DNA of 53,483 nucleotides, counting the filler, from Streblomastix strix (Eukaryota), in the NCBI GenBank assembly GCA_008636045.1. It is 3 parts of 3 records of this genome, joined end to end, with 100 filler letters (N's around TTAATTAATTAA, not from the genome) between each part and the next. Parts side by side here need not be neighbours in the genome. Positions count along the whole stretch, not along the records: positions 1 to 17,769 come from SNRW01000679.1; positions 17,870 to 35,631 come from SNRW01000680.1; 1 more part is not named here. The stretch is one strand, 5' to 3'. The notes below the pieces were generated by a model. That model was given only the letters and a program-made list of their open reading frames with translations, had not been told where the DNA came from and searched no databases. Position numbers and translations under genes: made by a program. Below are positions 14,524 through 28,800 of this stretch, piece by piece; the first letter of the stretch is position 1; every line of letters starts with the position of its first letter.

Positions 14524-15976
14524 ATGTTAAATATTGTCTTAATAGGGAATCGTATAGGCTAAGGAACTCGAATTTAAAATATTGGCTCACACACAACAAT
14601 GAATGATGTAGCTCAACATATTTTATCTTATATCGGAGCAGGGATGGCAAAACTTTCTTTTGTTGTAGAATTCGGAAAAGTTGCGTAACTAATTGTTAAT
14701 CAAAATGAAATAATTAAAGGAGGTAATTTGGTTCATGTTGAGACACTAACTGGATTTTTAGTTCTGGATTGAGTTGCAACACTGAAGAAAGTATAAACAA
14801 AGATTGTGTCATTGTTTGGATAAATAAAGAGCAAAAGAAATATATCGAATTATCATTCACTTCATAATATTCTATTTAAGAGTTAAAGTGAAATATTTGC
14901 CAGAAATCATTAATTCTCCTAGAAGCAAAAACTTATGTTTAATATAAAAGTTCTTCAGAATAACTAGAAAGTGGTGTATATGAATATGCTAATTACATTA
15001 ATAGATTGAATCAAGGATATTGAATATTGAGATACTAAATGAAGAAATTATAAGTATATTTGGATTGAATAATGAAAAGATTTCAGATATTTGCAAAAGA
15101 GCATGTGTGAAAGCTCAAATTGAATCAGACGGGTTGTTTATACATAATAACATGTTCCAACTTGATGAAAATAAACTTTTGGATGAATTTAGATATGAAT
15201 AACTAGATTCTCTTACAATTTAAACACCCACAATGTTTGTTGAATTGCAAACCCCTGAAGAGAAAATAAACATTCTGGTCAATGAAGATCGAATTTATAA
15301 ATTAATTGGAGTTGTTCCAGGATATCAAATAATTAAACACAAAGATGAAAATGGAGAAATGGTTGAAATTAAGAATGAGAAGACTCTTGAAGAAATCATG
15401 ATCAATCGTGGAGATATTCTGAATCTCAATTAAATAACTGTTGATCTGAGAGTTAATTTCAATGGGATTGTTTACACACTGAATAATGTAAGTTCTTCAA
15501 TTACAGTCAATCTATTGAAGAAGATGGTATTGTTGAAAGATGATAGTGCAGATTCTGGAGGAAATTTGGAATTAATTGAAGGTTTAGCTACTACAAATAT
15601 TTGGCGCTATTTTGGAAATGACGATGAAGATCATCTTTATAGTTTAAATGTGACAGACGAGATGTATTTGAGTCTGATTGATAAATCATTTGATTTAATA
15701 TTCAAATTATAATTCAGAACTCCATCAAAGAATATAATTAATGAATCAGTTAATATATAGATGGAATCTTAACTATTAAAGCAAATTGTTTATGAAGAAA
15801 TTAAAAATTAATATGGAGATATAAATCTAATATGTCGAGGATAAATGATGAAATTGAAACACACTTTAATAATACAGGTTGTAATAAATGGATATAATAG
15901 AATCGGAATTATACCAATTAAATATGCAAATAGCGTTTCTGTTAATCACATCCTTCATCTTCATTCCAAAATATGA
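14524..15976 (+). pseudogene. Tandem divergent ubiquitin-like (beta-grasp) repeat gene, 5' part disrupted
   Basis: Frame +2 is open from ~15020 to TGA 15974-15976 with TAR=Gln. It shows ~70-80 aa units such as LQFRTPSKNIINESVNIQMESQLLKQIVYEEIK..INLICRGQMMK and ..NEKTLEEIMINRGDILNL. The region 14524-15020 needs frame changes and contains TGAs. Confidence 0.45.
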
Positions 15977-17350
15977 AAAAGGTTAATTGCACCTCTGTTT
16001 TATTTTTGAATTATGGGGGATTAATCAAATCGATAATTTATACCATTATTCCTTTTACTAATCTCATACTTTTATATTTCGAATCAGATACTATTTGCTA
16101 ATCTACTTAACTACTCTGTTCAACTATTCCTCCGACATTCCCCAAAACATGATTCGATTTTGACATACCAGCGAGAGCAATTCTAAATCATGATACGAAT
16201 TTCTGTGATATCATATACTTCACCTTCATTCCAAAAATATGAAAAAGGTTAATTGCACCTCTGTTTTATTTTTGAATTATGGGGGATTAATCAAATCGAT
16301 AATTTATACTGTTATTCATTTTGATTTTCACATATTATTGTTCATATCGATTCGCCTATGTCATTATTCATTTTGGTTCATACTTTGATAGTATCTATTC
16401 GAGTATATCACCTATAAAAACTTGATTCGATTTTGCCTTCACAGCGAAAGATATATCTCAATCATGTTTCATAATATACTATTCGAGTAATTCTATCGAT
16501 CAAATCATGATTCGACATACCAGCGAAATATATATCTCAATCATGTTTCATAATATACTATTCGAGTAATTCTATCGATCAAATCATGATTCGACATACC
16601 AGCGAAATATATATCTCAATCATGTTTCATAATATACTATTCGAGTAATTCTATCGATCAAATCATGATTCGACATACCAGTGAAATATATACTCAATCA
16701 TGATACAAATAGCGTTTCTGTAATGTTATATTATATCATTTACTTCATCATCATTCCCAAAATCTGAAAAAGGTTAATTGCACCTCTGTTTTAAATTTGG
16801 ATAGTGTGAGTTTTAATTGTATTGTTTATTTATACCATTATTCTTTTTCACCAATCACATATTATTATTTGTTTCCATTAATCAAATCTATTGTTTATAT
16901 CGATTCTCTCAATCAAACTTGAATCGGTTATTTTCATAATATACTATTCGAGTATCTCCTTAGTTCAAATCATGATTCGACATACCAGCGAAAGATATGT
17001 TTCATAATATACTATTCGAGTAACCCCTGATATTAAAACTTGATTCGACATACCAACGAAAGATATGTTTAATAATATACTATTCGAGTATCTCCTTAGA
17101 TCAAATCATGATTCGACATACCAGCGAAAGATATGTTTCATAATATACTATTCGAGTAACTCCTTAGATCAAATCATGATTCCGACATACCAGCGAAAGA
17201 TATGTTTAATAATATACTATTCGAGTAACTCCTGAGATTAAAACTTGATTTGACATACCAGCGAAAGATATATCTCAATCATGATACAAATTTCTGTTAT
17301 ATCTTATATTCCCAAAATCTGAAAAAGGTTAATTGCACCTCTGTTTTAAA
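15926..17350. repeat. Nested (higher-order) tandem repeat array
   Basis: The anchor GAAAAAGGTTAATTGCACCTCTGTTTTA recurs 4 times (~15975, ~16241, ~16766, ~17321). Between anchors are 3x79-bp units (starting 16469, 16548, 16627) and 5x68-bp units (16934, 17002, 17070, 17138, 17207) sharing ATAATATACTATTCGAGTA..TGATTCGACATACCAGCGAAA. Confidence 0.92.
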
Positions 17351-17419
17351 ATTAGATTTGCTCCAGTTTTAAAAAATACGAATACAAAAATTTAAAAAAA
17401 AGTAATTGGTGCCCCAAAT

Positions 17420-17769
17420 TGGGGAAAATGTAATCCTCTGATTGCTGCTCCACTTTCATTACTTAAGCCTATTGTTAATCCTAATGGGTTTTAATCAAAA
17501 TTATCAGGTTATGAAACTATTTACCACTAATTTTATACAGTTCCGATTATTTGGTTACCAATTCCAAGATATATACCACATCCTGCAGTACTTCTACTTA
17601 TTCGCAAACCTTATGAGTAATTGGCAGTATTTGGATTAATTTGTGCTATTCCATTAATTACACCACCATTATTAATGAATTGGTTTTATATAGCGGTACT
17701 TGTAAATAATGATCCTGATGGTAATGTACTAGTAGTTATATTATACTAATTTATATTATCTTAAAGTAT
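17420..17769 (-). CDS. Fragment of a Gly/Asn/Ile-rich beta-structured (tail-fibre-like) ORF, probably from a virus-like element
   Basis: Minus-strand translation: ..GIAQINPNTANYSQGLRISRSTAGCGIYLGIGNQIIGTVQNQWQIVSQPDNFDQNPLGLTIGLSNESGAAIRGL. It resembles a multicopy 'GLRI.R..I.LG..QW.I..NP.G..RGL' family recalled from Streblomastix proteins. The 5' end is cut by the contig end. Confidence 0.45.
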
Positions 17770-17869
17770 NNNNNNNNNNNNNNNNNNNNNNNNNNNNNNN
17801 NNNNNNNNNNNNNTTAATTAATTAANNNNNNNNNNNNNNNNNNNNNNNNNNNNNNNNNNNNNNNNNNNN
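17770..17869. other. Artificial contig-joining spacer
   Basis: 44 N + TTAATTAATTAA (six-frame stop linker) + 44 N = exactly 100 bp. Confidence 0.97.
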
Positions 17870-18480
17870 GATGCGCTATGTCTCCTGCGCTTGCGCCTCC
17901 TCGAGTGCGTCTTGTGATGTCTACTAGATTTCGAGCTGCTAGAACTGTTTGAGGACTCAGAGGGGGATCTTTCTGTGCGTTTGCGCTTCTTTTTATGATG
18001 TGTATAAGATTCCTAGTCTGAATCATCAGTACTTGAGATCACGCTCGATGGCGGCGCGCTGGGACGCGGTAGTAACGCTACAGGCTGTCCGGGCTTGCTG
18101 TTCGCGATGAGCTATGCTCTGGGAGCATGTTCTATAAAGAATCTGATCTATTCTTCTTAACTATTGGCAACTTGTGCGTATGTCATCTTCTGTTGCGTCT
18201 CAGGTTTCGAAAATGTGTTGTTCATCGCTGGAAATCTCTAGGTAAGGTCCTCGAACGCCATTTACTTGCTCACCATGTACAATTTAAGTGCATCGAGCTT
18301 CTCGTTGAAACGGGGGTCGTCCTTGTCGAAGGTCGGTGGGTTAAAGCCTTAATCCGCCAAAAAAGCTTCTATTTCAAGTTTGGGCATGAATGCTAGCACC
18401 AATAGTGCTTTCCTGTCTTCATCATACGCCGAGGGACCTTGCTCTTGCGATGAATTTGATAATTACTCCTTTTCTGCCAT
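17870..18480 (-). CDS. GC-richer ORF with Ser/Arg/Lys/His-rich basic tail; possibly gag/ORF1 of a retroelement, 3'-truncated
   Basis: ATG at 18480, open to the contig end: MAEKEQLSNSSQEQGPSAYDEDRKALLVLAF..HHKKKRKRTERSPSESSNSSSSSKSSRHHKTHSRRRKRRRHSA. The sequence is visibly more GC/CpG-rich than its neighbours. No RT domain lies within the window. Confidence 0.5.
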
Positions 18481-18900
18481 GCAAAGACTTTTTCGAGCTG
18501 GGCCCATTGGCGGGTGCCCTGAGAGTCAATAAACAACCGAAGAGCTCACTATCTCTGCAGGAGGTAGTTTATAACCCGGAGGAATATAAAATCTTTTTAA
18601 ATTTGTTTTGACGATCGTAAATAATTATTAAATATATTAAGAATATTTATTGTAATTAAATAATATAATATGACGTAATAGCTATTGGTAACAAAAAAGT
18701 TAGCTTTATTTTAGTTTAGATCGCAAACTCTTATTGTATGCTTAAATATAAAAAATGTTAATAAACCTTTATTGAGCCAGAATCCAATATTGATTGAATT
18801 ATGAAAATATTACATACTTATATATCATATACATATATCAATATCATATTCTAATTATAAATATTAATCTAGGAAAATAAAAAATAAAACCTCACAAACT

Positions 18901-19116
18901 TCAATTTGACCCACTATAAATAAAATATTTTATAATTTCATTATCTATTTATTATATTAATTGTTTTTATAACTTCAATAGTGATTCTATTTCATACTGA
19001 TGATTCTTTATCTTCACAAATTCTGATTACAATGAATTTAATTCATCTTCTGATGACGATTCAAGATCATTTATTTTTCTTTCAATTAATTAGTTTTCAC
19101 TTTGAACATTTAACAT
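18901..19116 (-). CDS. Small predicted coiled-coil ORF (71 aa) or terminal exon
   Basis: ATG at 19116 to TGA at 18901 under TAR=Gln: MLNVQSENQLIERKINDLESSSEDELNSLQSEFVKIKNHQYEIESLLKLQKQLIQQIDNEIIKYFIYSGSN. Confidence 0.35.
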
Positions 19117-19382
19117 CCACCGAATAAAAATATAAACAGTTCATAGAAATTATTATGAAAATTTATTTGATTGACATTCATATATCAATTGCATTGATTT
19201 ATATACTTATTAAAAAATTGACATGTTTTAAAGATACCCTATATTTATAATTATTATAGTTAAAAAAATTATATTTAATTAAATAATACATAAATTAAAT
19301 TATGATTTTAAACATATAACACCTAGAAATTTCATTTTTTTTTTATTTTATTAATTCTTCATAATCCACCTTCAGAATTCGG

Positions 19383-22442
<3,060 letters not shown>

Positions 22443-22831
22443 ATAAAAGTAAATAATAATTAACATAAAATAATTAAAATAGTTTCCATTTTTTATTTTT
22501 ATATGATTCTATGACAAAAAATATTGTTTTTATTAATATTCATTTAATATATCTTAATATAATGCCGTAAAAATTGCTACAAGCTTTTTTTTTAAAAAAA
22601 ACATCGCTGCGCTTTTAAACTCAGACATTTTCTGGTAATAATACTAAATTGTTTATTTTATATTATTTTACATCATATTTACCTAATTTTATCACCAATT
22701 ACAAGATACACAGTGAAAATTATATCGTAAAACGAAACGAAAATAAAAAGCTGATTTCAGAACGTAAACATCGTTACACATAATTATTTTATTATATAAT
22801 TTATATATTTTATTTAAATCCTTTCATTAGA

Positions 22832-25800
22832 ATGAATTTATAGCTTGCTTAGACTGGTGGATTAGTGGATCAAATCATTCTTGAATTAATAAAGCTATCA
22901 AATGATGATAACCCTGAAGCCAAATGGAATTTTAAATAATCACTTATTCATGTTGGACGTAGATAACCACTTCTTCTGTTTACTTCTATTCTCTTTGTCA
23001 TAAATAAGCAATCAATTTCGATGGGGCACAGAATCACTCTTCTGACAGTTTTAGAATAGATATTATCTGAAAATATAACTACTGTCAATCGCGATCATGC
23101 TACAAAGATAGTTTATTTTGCCTGTCATGAAATGTGTTAAGATAAGGTTTGCTGTATTAATTTTTGTTTATTTCTTTTTATTTTTTCCGCATATTTTTAG
23201 GATGTTTAACCAGATTGGTAACAGGCAGCTTCTAATGTTTTAATTGCACTTTCAAGAGCATATCCCGATTTATGCTTTGAATAATTATCAGCCTTAATGC
23301 CCCAATAGAAAATCCCTCACTACTTTGTCCTATTCTCCATCTATGAATTCACTCTTAGAAACCCAGAATTCATTGTAACTAAATTAAAGGACATTTTCTC
23401 TCGCTTACTTCCATTGCTTGGTACAGTAAGACATGATAATATTAAATGGGTACTGAGTGCATGTTTTGGCGTATTTGGAGAAGCAGTGATGCAGATATAT
23501 AGAGAGAAAGAGAATGGTAAAGTAATCAATAATCCTTTATCAGCTTCATCTTCATCTCAATTATATTCATTACTCCCATTATATTCAATACCTAATGCTC
23601 ATCCTACTTCTGACTTTGAAGTTGAAATGGATACATGTTTCAATACAATATTTGGATAGTGGTTTTTAACTGACAAATGCAGACTTGTGTGTCTTGAGAC
23701 AATTGGGAAGTTAACGAGATTGATGTCATCTGTTGCACTCATAGCTGCACTTCCCAAATTAATACCAGCTCTTCTGCTTTCATTGAAGAAAGGAGACTAA
23801 AGTATAACAGAGAAATATGCAGCAAGTTCAGCTCTGTATGGAACAATCTCATCAGCTCTGAAACAATCACCATAAGAAGTGAGGCAGTATCTTCCAAATG
23901 TGCTTCCAGGTATTCATTCAGCTCTGTGCACAATAACGTCCTTCATCAATCCAATTGCATTTGTATTCCCGCCTCGTCCAGCAGCGTGGGGTCCATTAAT
24001 AACTAGAATAGTAGAAGGAGAAGGAGATGCATTATAGACAGAAGAGATTGGAAAGGGAGAATAGAAATAGAATACGAATGAAACAGATTAGGAAGAATAA
24101 GAATAAGAATAATAAGAAGAAGATAGAAATGAAGATTAAGATGATGATGATGAGAGTGATGGATTTGGAGGGAAAATGAAGAAGAAGAATCAAAGTAAAA
24201 AAGGGAAGAAACAGAAAGAAAAGAAGACAATTAAGAAGAAAAAGAAGAATAAACCATTAGAAAAACAAGTTATTAGAATCGATCCTGTTGTTAAGAGTGC
24301 TCCACTTGATACAGCACAAAGAACAGCTGTTGATCTTCATGCTCTTATTATAAGTATAGCTTAGTGTTACATGGATGATACAATATAATTCTTACTTAAA
24401 CAATTAGAGAATCCAATTTGGTATATTCGTGCTGCTACTTTGTCATCACTGGCTCATATTGTAACAGTCTTAGAGACTGAAGTTGAATTAAAGAAGTCGA
24501 TAATAATAGCTTCTCTCACACCTGTACTTGGAGATAGGACAATCCCAGTTCAATTTGCATTAGTCTAATTAGTGCTGTCTCTCTCCAGACTGAACTATCT
24601 TGAAGATTCAGGATGGGAAACACTTGTGAAGTCAGTGATTGTAGGATGTGGAGAGCATATCAATGGATGGAGAAGATCTGATCCATATTCAGTTTCAACT
24701 GCATCAATGGGGACAGGTGACAAGAAGAAGAAAACTGGTCTTCCTCCAATTCAATCTCCTTTCTAATCTTCTTAACCTTCTTTGCCTCCAATTGCAAATT
24801 CTGGTTCAGGGTTCACTGGATCATAGAATCTTGGTTTCCCTTCTTCTTTTGCTTTATCTCAATTTGCAAATGATGCTCTTTATGAGATGTGTGTGCATCA
24901 TTCATCAACTAGATTACTCTTATGGCCTCATTTATTTGAATATATTGTTGATCCAATCATATCTGCATCATCAGTGTCACATTCTATTCCTTCTATTTGT
25001 TGTGCTCTTACTCGATTATCAGCTGGAAAGAAGTATCGTGTTGGAGAGGATGATATATTGATTGATTTTGATGCTCATGCAAGTGCCAATCTTCCAAGAC
25101 CATAGGCAATACTCTCTAGACTGATAACATGTTTAGGGGATATTTCATTTGATTGCGCACAAGTAAAACCTATTCTTGCACTTCTTACATCAGCTGCACC
25201 TCTGTTTCATTATAGCATGGTTGATGTATGCTCAGACAAAATACCAGATATATAATAGTATTGGAGAGAGAATATTGCTCAAATGCCTGATGATGAAGAA
25301 GATGAAGAAGAGAATGAAGAAGATTAAGATAAAGATAAGAAGAAAGGAGATAAATAAAAGAAAGATAAGAAAAGTGATTAAGAGGCATTATTGAATTTAG
25401 CAGACTAATATGATACATTCACATCCAAGTCACATATACTAGATAATGCTTATCCTCAAGCGAGTAGTATTGTTATAAGCCCATATTTCCCAATAGTTAC
25501 AGTCCAATAACCAGGATCAAAAGATAAAGATAAGTCTTAATCAATACTACTCATAACACCTGAAATATCAGGATATATGGGAATATCATCAAGACTCAAT
25601 GTAAGTGCAGCTACAATCATAACAACCAATGTAGTTAGAATATCTACTGAACAGAGACAGAAGATTGTTGATGATCTTCAGAAGTAACACACCATTCAAT
25701 AGTATTAATTATAACCTCCTCCTCCACCAACATCTCAACAGTAGCAACAACACTTCATGTAACTTATTCCTCAGAGGCCAAATTAGACTGCAATTGAGAA

Positions 25801-28800
25801 ATGGGAATACAGAGCAGCTGGATTATTGGCTAATATTCTGACTGAGATTGACTAAGAGGATTATATTGCAGCCATTGGATTTGCATTGAGTAAATAGATA
25901 GAATATTATTAAACTTATGATCCATCTTCTGTATAGAATGATTCATCATCATCAAGTGCATCAAAACAGATACTTCCTCCTCCTTCATAATCTTCATCAT
26001 TTGGATAATAAGGATTGTTTTAAACTGCTGCCAGAGTACCTCCACATCCATAATCATAAGGAGTTCGTATTATAATACGACTTCTTGGTGTGTGTGTATA
26101 GAATTGCTAGACAAGGACAATTGCATTATAATTAATGGATCGTATGATTGAAAGTACCAATTATGGAATACAGACTCAGAGACAGGCACTTGCAGAAGGA
26201 CTTGGATTGGGAGCTAAGAACACAGCACATACAGAAGCTGTATTTGGGAGATTAGAAGCACTTCAGAAGAAAGAAGGAGTATTAATGAAGAAATCATCAT
26301 CAGTATTTAATTCTAAATTAGTAATTGATGATAATGTGCGTGCTACCATACTCATGTGTTATGGAAGAGCTGCATTCTAATCACCACCATCTGTGGCACT
26401 GACTCAAATTGAAGCTCGTCTTCTTCCCTTCTTAACAGAACACACACCACAGATAACATCTTATTAAGGAAGATATACAGCAATGATTGCTATTGACTAT
26501 TTGGCAAAGGCTCTTAATCCATCAAAACTCAATGCTGGATCGTAGAAGCAACAATTCATTCTTCGCACTCGTGATGATCTTATGAGAACATGTGTGAGAT
26601 ATGTTACTAATTCATATCCATAAGAGAAGTCAGATAAAGATGATGGAGCAGGAGATGGAGCTTGGGGTGGATGGAGTGAGAAAGAGAAAGAAATACAAAT
26701 AAGGATGTTATGTTTGGGTGTTCTGAAGAAATTAGCTACTCTTCCTCCTGTTGTACCTGAGTTGTTATAACGTGAGATCATTCAATCATTATCTGCTCTC
26801 TATGAATTTGATGATTCATAATAACCTTCTGCTGCTACATCAGCTGCTGTTGAATCTGTTTAAACTGGAAAACCTGAAGATGAAAATGCTGGATTGACTT
26901 CTGCTTTATCTTCTCTACTTGTAACATTCCTCGCTTCAGCCGAACCTTAGACTGATGTTGCCAAATAAGCCTGGAAAGCCAAAGTATCAGCAGGAGGAGG
27001 ATTCAGTGCAAATCCAACAATTTCTGCATTTCTTCGTCTTTCAGGTCTCATTCTCCCATTAACACGCAGTTCTAATGAGATTGTGAGACGTCGTGCTCTT
27101 GCATCTTATAATACATTACTCCCTGCATTTGTATAACAAGCAGCTGATCAGAACGAATCTGATTCTGAACCAGCTTAGAAGAGTACAAAAGGAAGCAAAT
27201 CTGGATAAAATAAGCCATAAACAGCATTTAAAGGAATTGGAGTGTTATTAGCTGTTCTTATATCTCGTATTGGCGATGATAAACCAGAGATAAGGAAAGC
27301 TGCTTGTGATGCATTGGGACTGACACTCTATGCTGATTATATTCAAGTAACAGATCCATCATAAGGATTTGAATTATCACCAACACATAACATAGTTGCA
27401 ATTACAAATATAAGGAAAGAGATTACTATATGGGCATAAGGAATGGGGGTAGATATATAACCTACTAAATAAACTTCATCTTCTTCTTCATCATCTTCAT
27501 TAGCTGAATTCAGTTCTAAACCTCAACCTCCTCCACCAATAACATAAATTGAGACTTTATCTTCATTTGTTGCCAATAAACTATATCTTCCACTGACATA
27601 GATATTAACTTAGGATGATTTAGTAGATCTCATTAATTCATTGATAAGATTAGGTTTCACAGATCCAATTAAAGATAGTTCTATTCTAAGTATTAAATTG
27701 GCAAGAGAATTAATATTATATGGAGCTGGTATCAGTTAATAAGAAAATGAAAGTGATACAAAATCAGGGAAAAGTAACCATTAAGGAGGAGCAAGAGTAG
27801 CTGCATTAGCACAGGATAATGTAATTAGAGTATTCTTAAGGACAATAACCAATGCAATTACTCCATTCTAACCAATTAATCCAGGAAAAGACAAAGATAA
27901 AATTACTACATAAATATAATCATCAAGTATAACAACAGGAATTTAGATACCATAGACTGGTTAAGCTGGGAATCCATTGAACCCACACAATTTGAATACA
28001 ATTGGTATATCTGCCAATGACTTAGCTCAATTTCTTATGACTTATAATTCATAGAGGCAACTTATTGATCCAGTTGAAGGTTCGTAATATGGAGGAGTTG
28101 GATCATCGAATATTTAAGGAGATAAATAATAAACACGATAAACTGGACCAAATTCAATTCAAAGTGTTTGGCCAGTAACAGATCCAACTATTTATGCTGG
28201 TCTTATTCTTTATTCTCCATTTCCATCTTCCACTATTCCTATAACTACAGTGAGTCCAGATACAACACTTGCCAATGTAACAAAGTCTTTTTCTTAGTCT
28301 ATTTCTGCCATAAACACTGAAATCCAAGATTGGCTGTTAGAAATTCTATGCACCATTTCTGTAATTCGACCTCATATAGTCTTTGATCATATATTTATGA
28401 TCCCTCAAAACAAGATGAATACAGCAGCGCTTGAAGCATGCTCAATTGTTTGTGCAGCAGCCAGAGAACGTGAAAGAGAAAAAGAAAAGAGATTTCAAGA
28501 TAAAGAGAAAGCATCTCGTGATACTGAATCAAAAACAAAAGATTCAACTGGGAAATAGAAAATATCAGCAAGTAAGACTGCATCTAGTTAAGATAATACA
28601 TCACTTGCTAATCGATTGAGTGCAACTGCCAGACTCTTTGTTTAGAGCTGTTTGACTATTCTGAATGGTCCAGAATAGTTTGATGTTAGACAAAGTAAAG
28701 ATTCATCATCATTACCTCTTCATTTCCCACTATTACGTCCACATAATATAGTCTCAATTCTCTCCAATATTCTTTCTCTTCAAAGGAGAACATTGGAAGA

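Noticed and set aside
16460..17290. CRISPR-like array (constant flanks with variable cores)
   Set aside because: The variable cores are related to each other or identical rather than unique spacers, no cas genes are present, and the context is eukaryotic.
17814..17825. TTAATTAATTAA palindrome (also 35676-35687) as a biological motif
   Set aside because: It is a standard six-frame stop linker embedded symmetrically in N runs.
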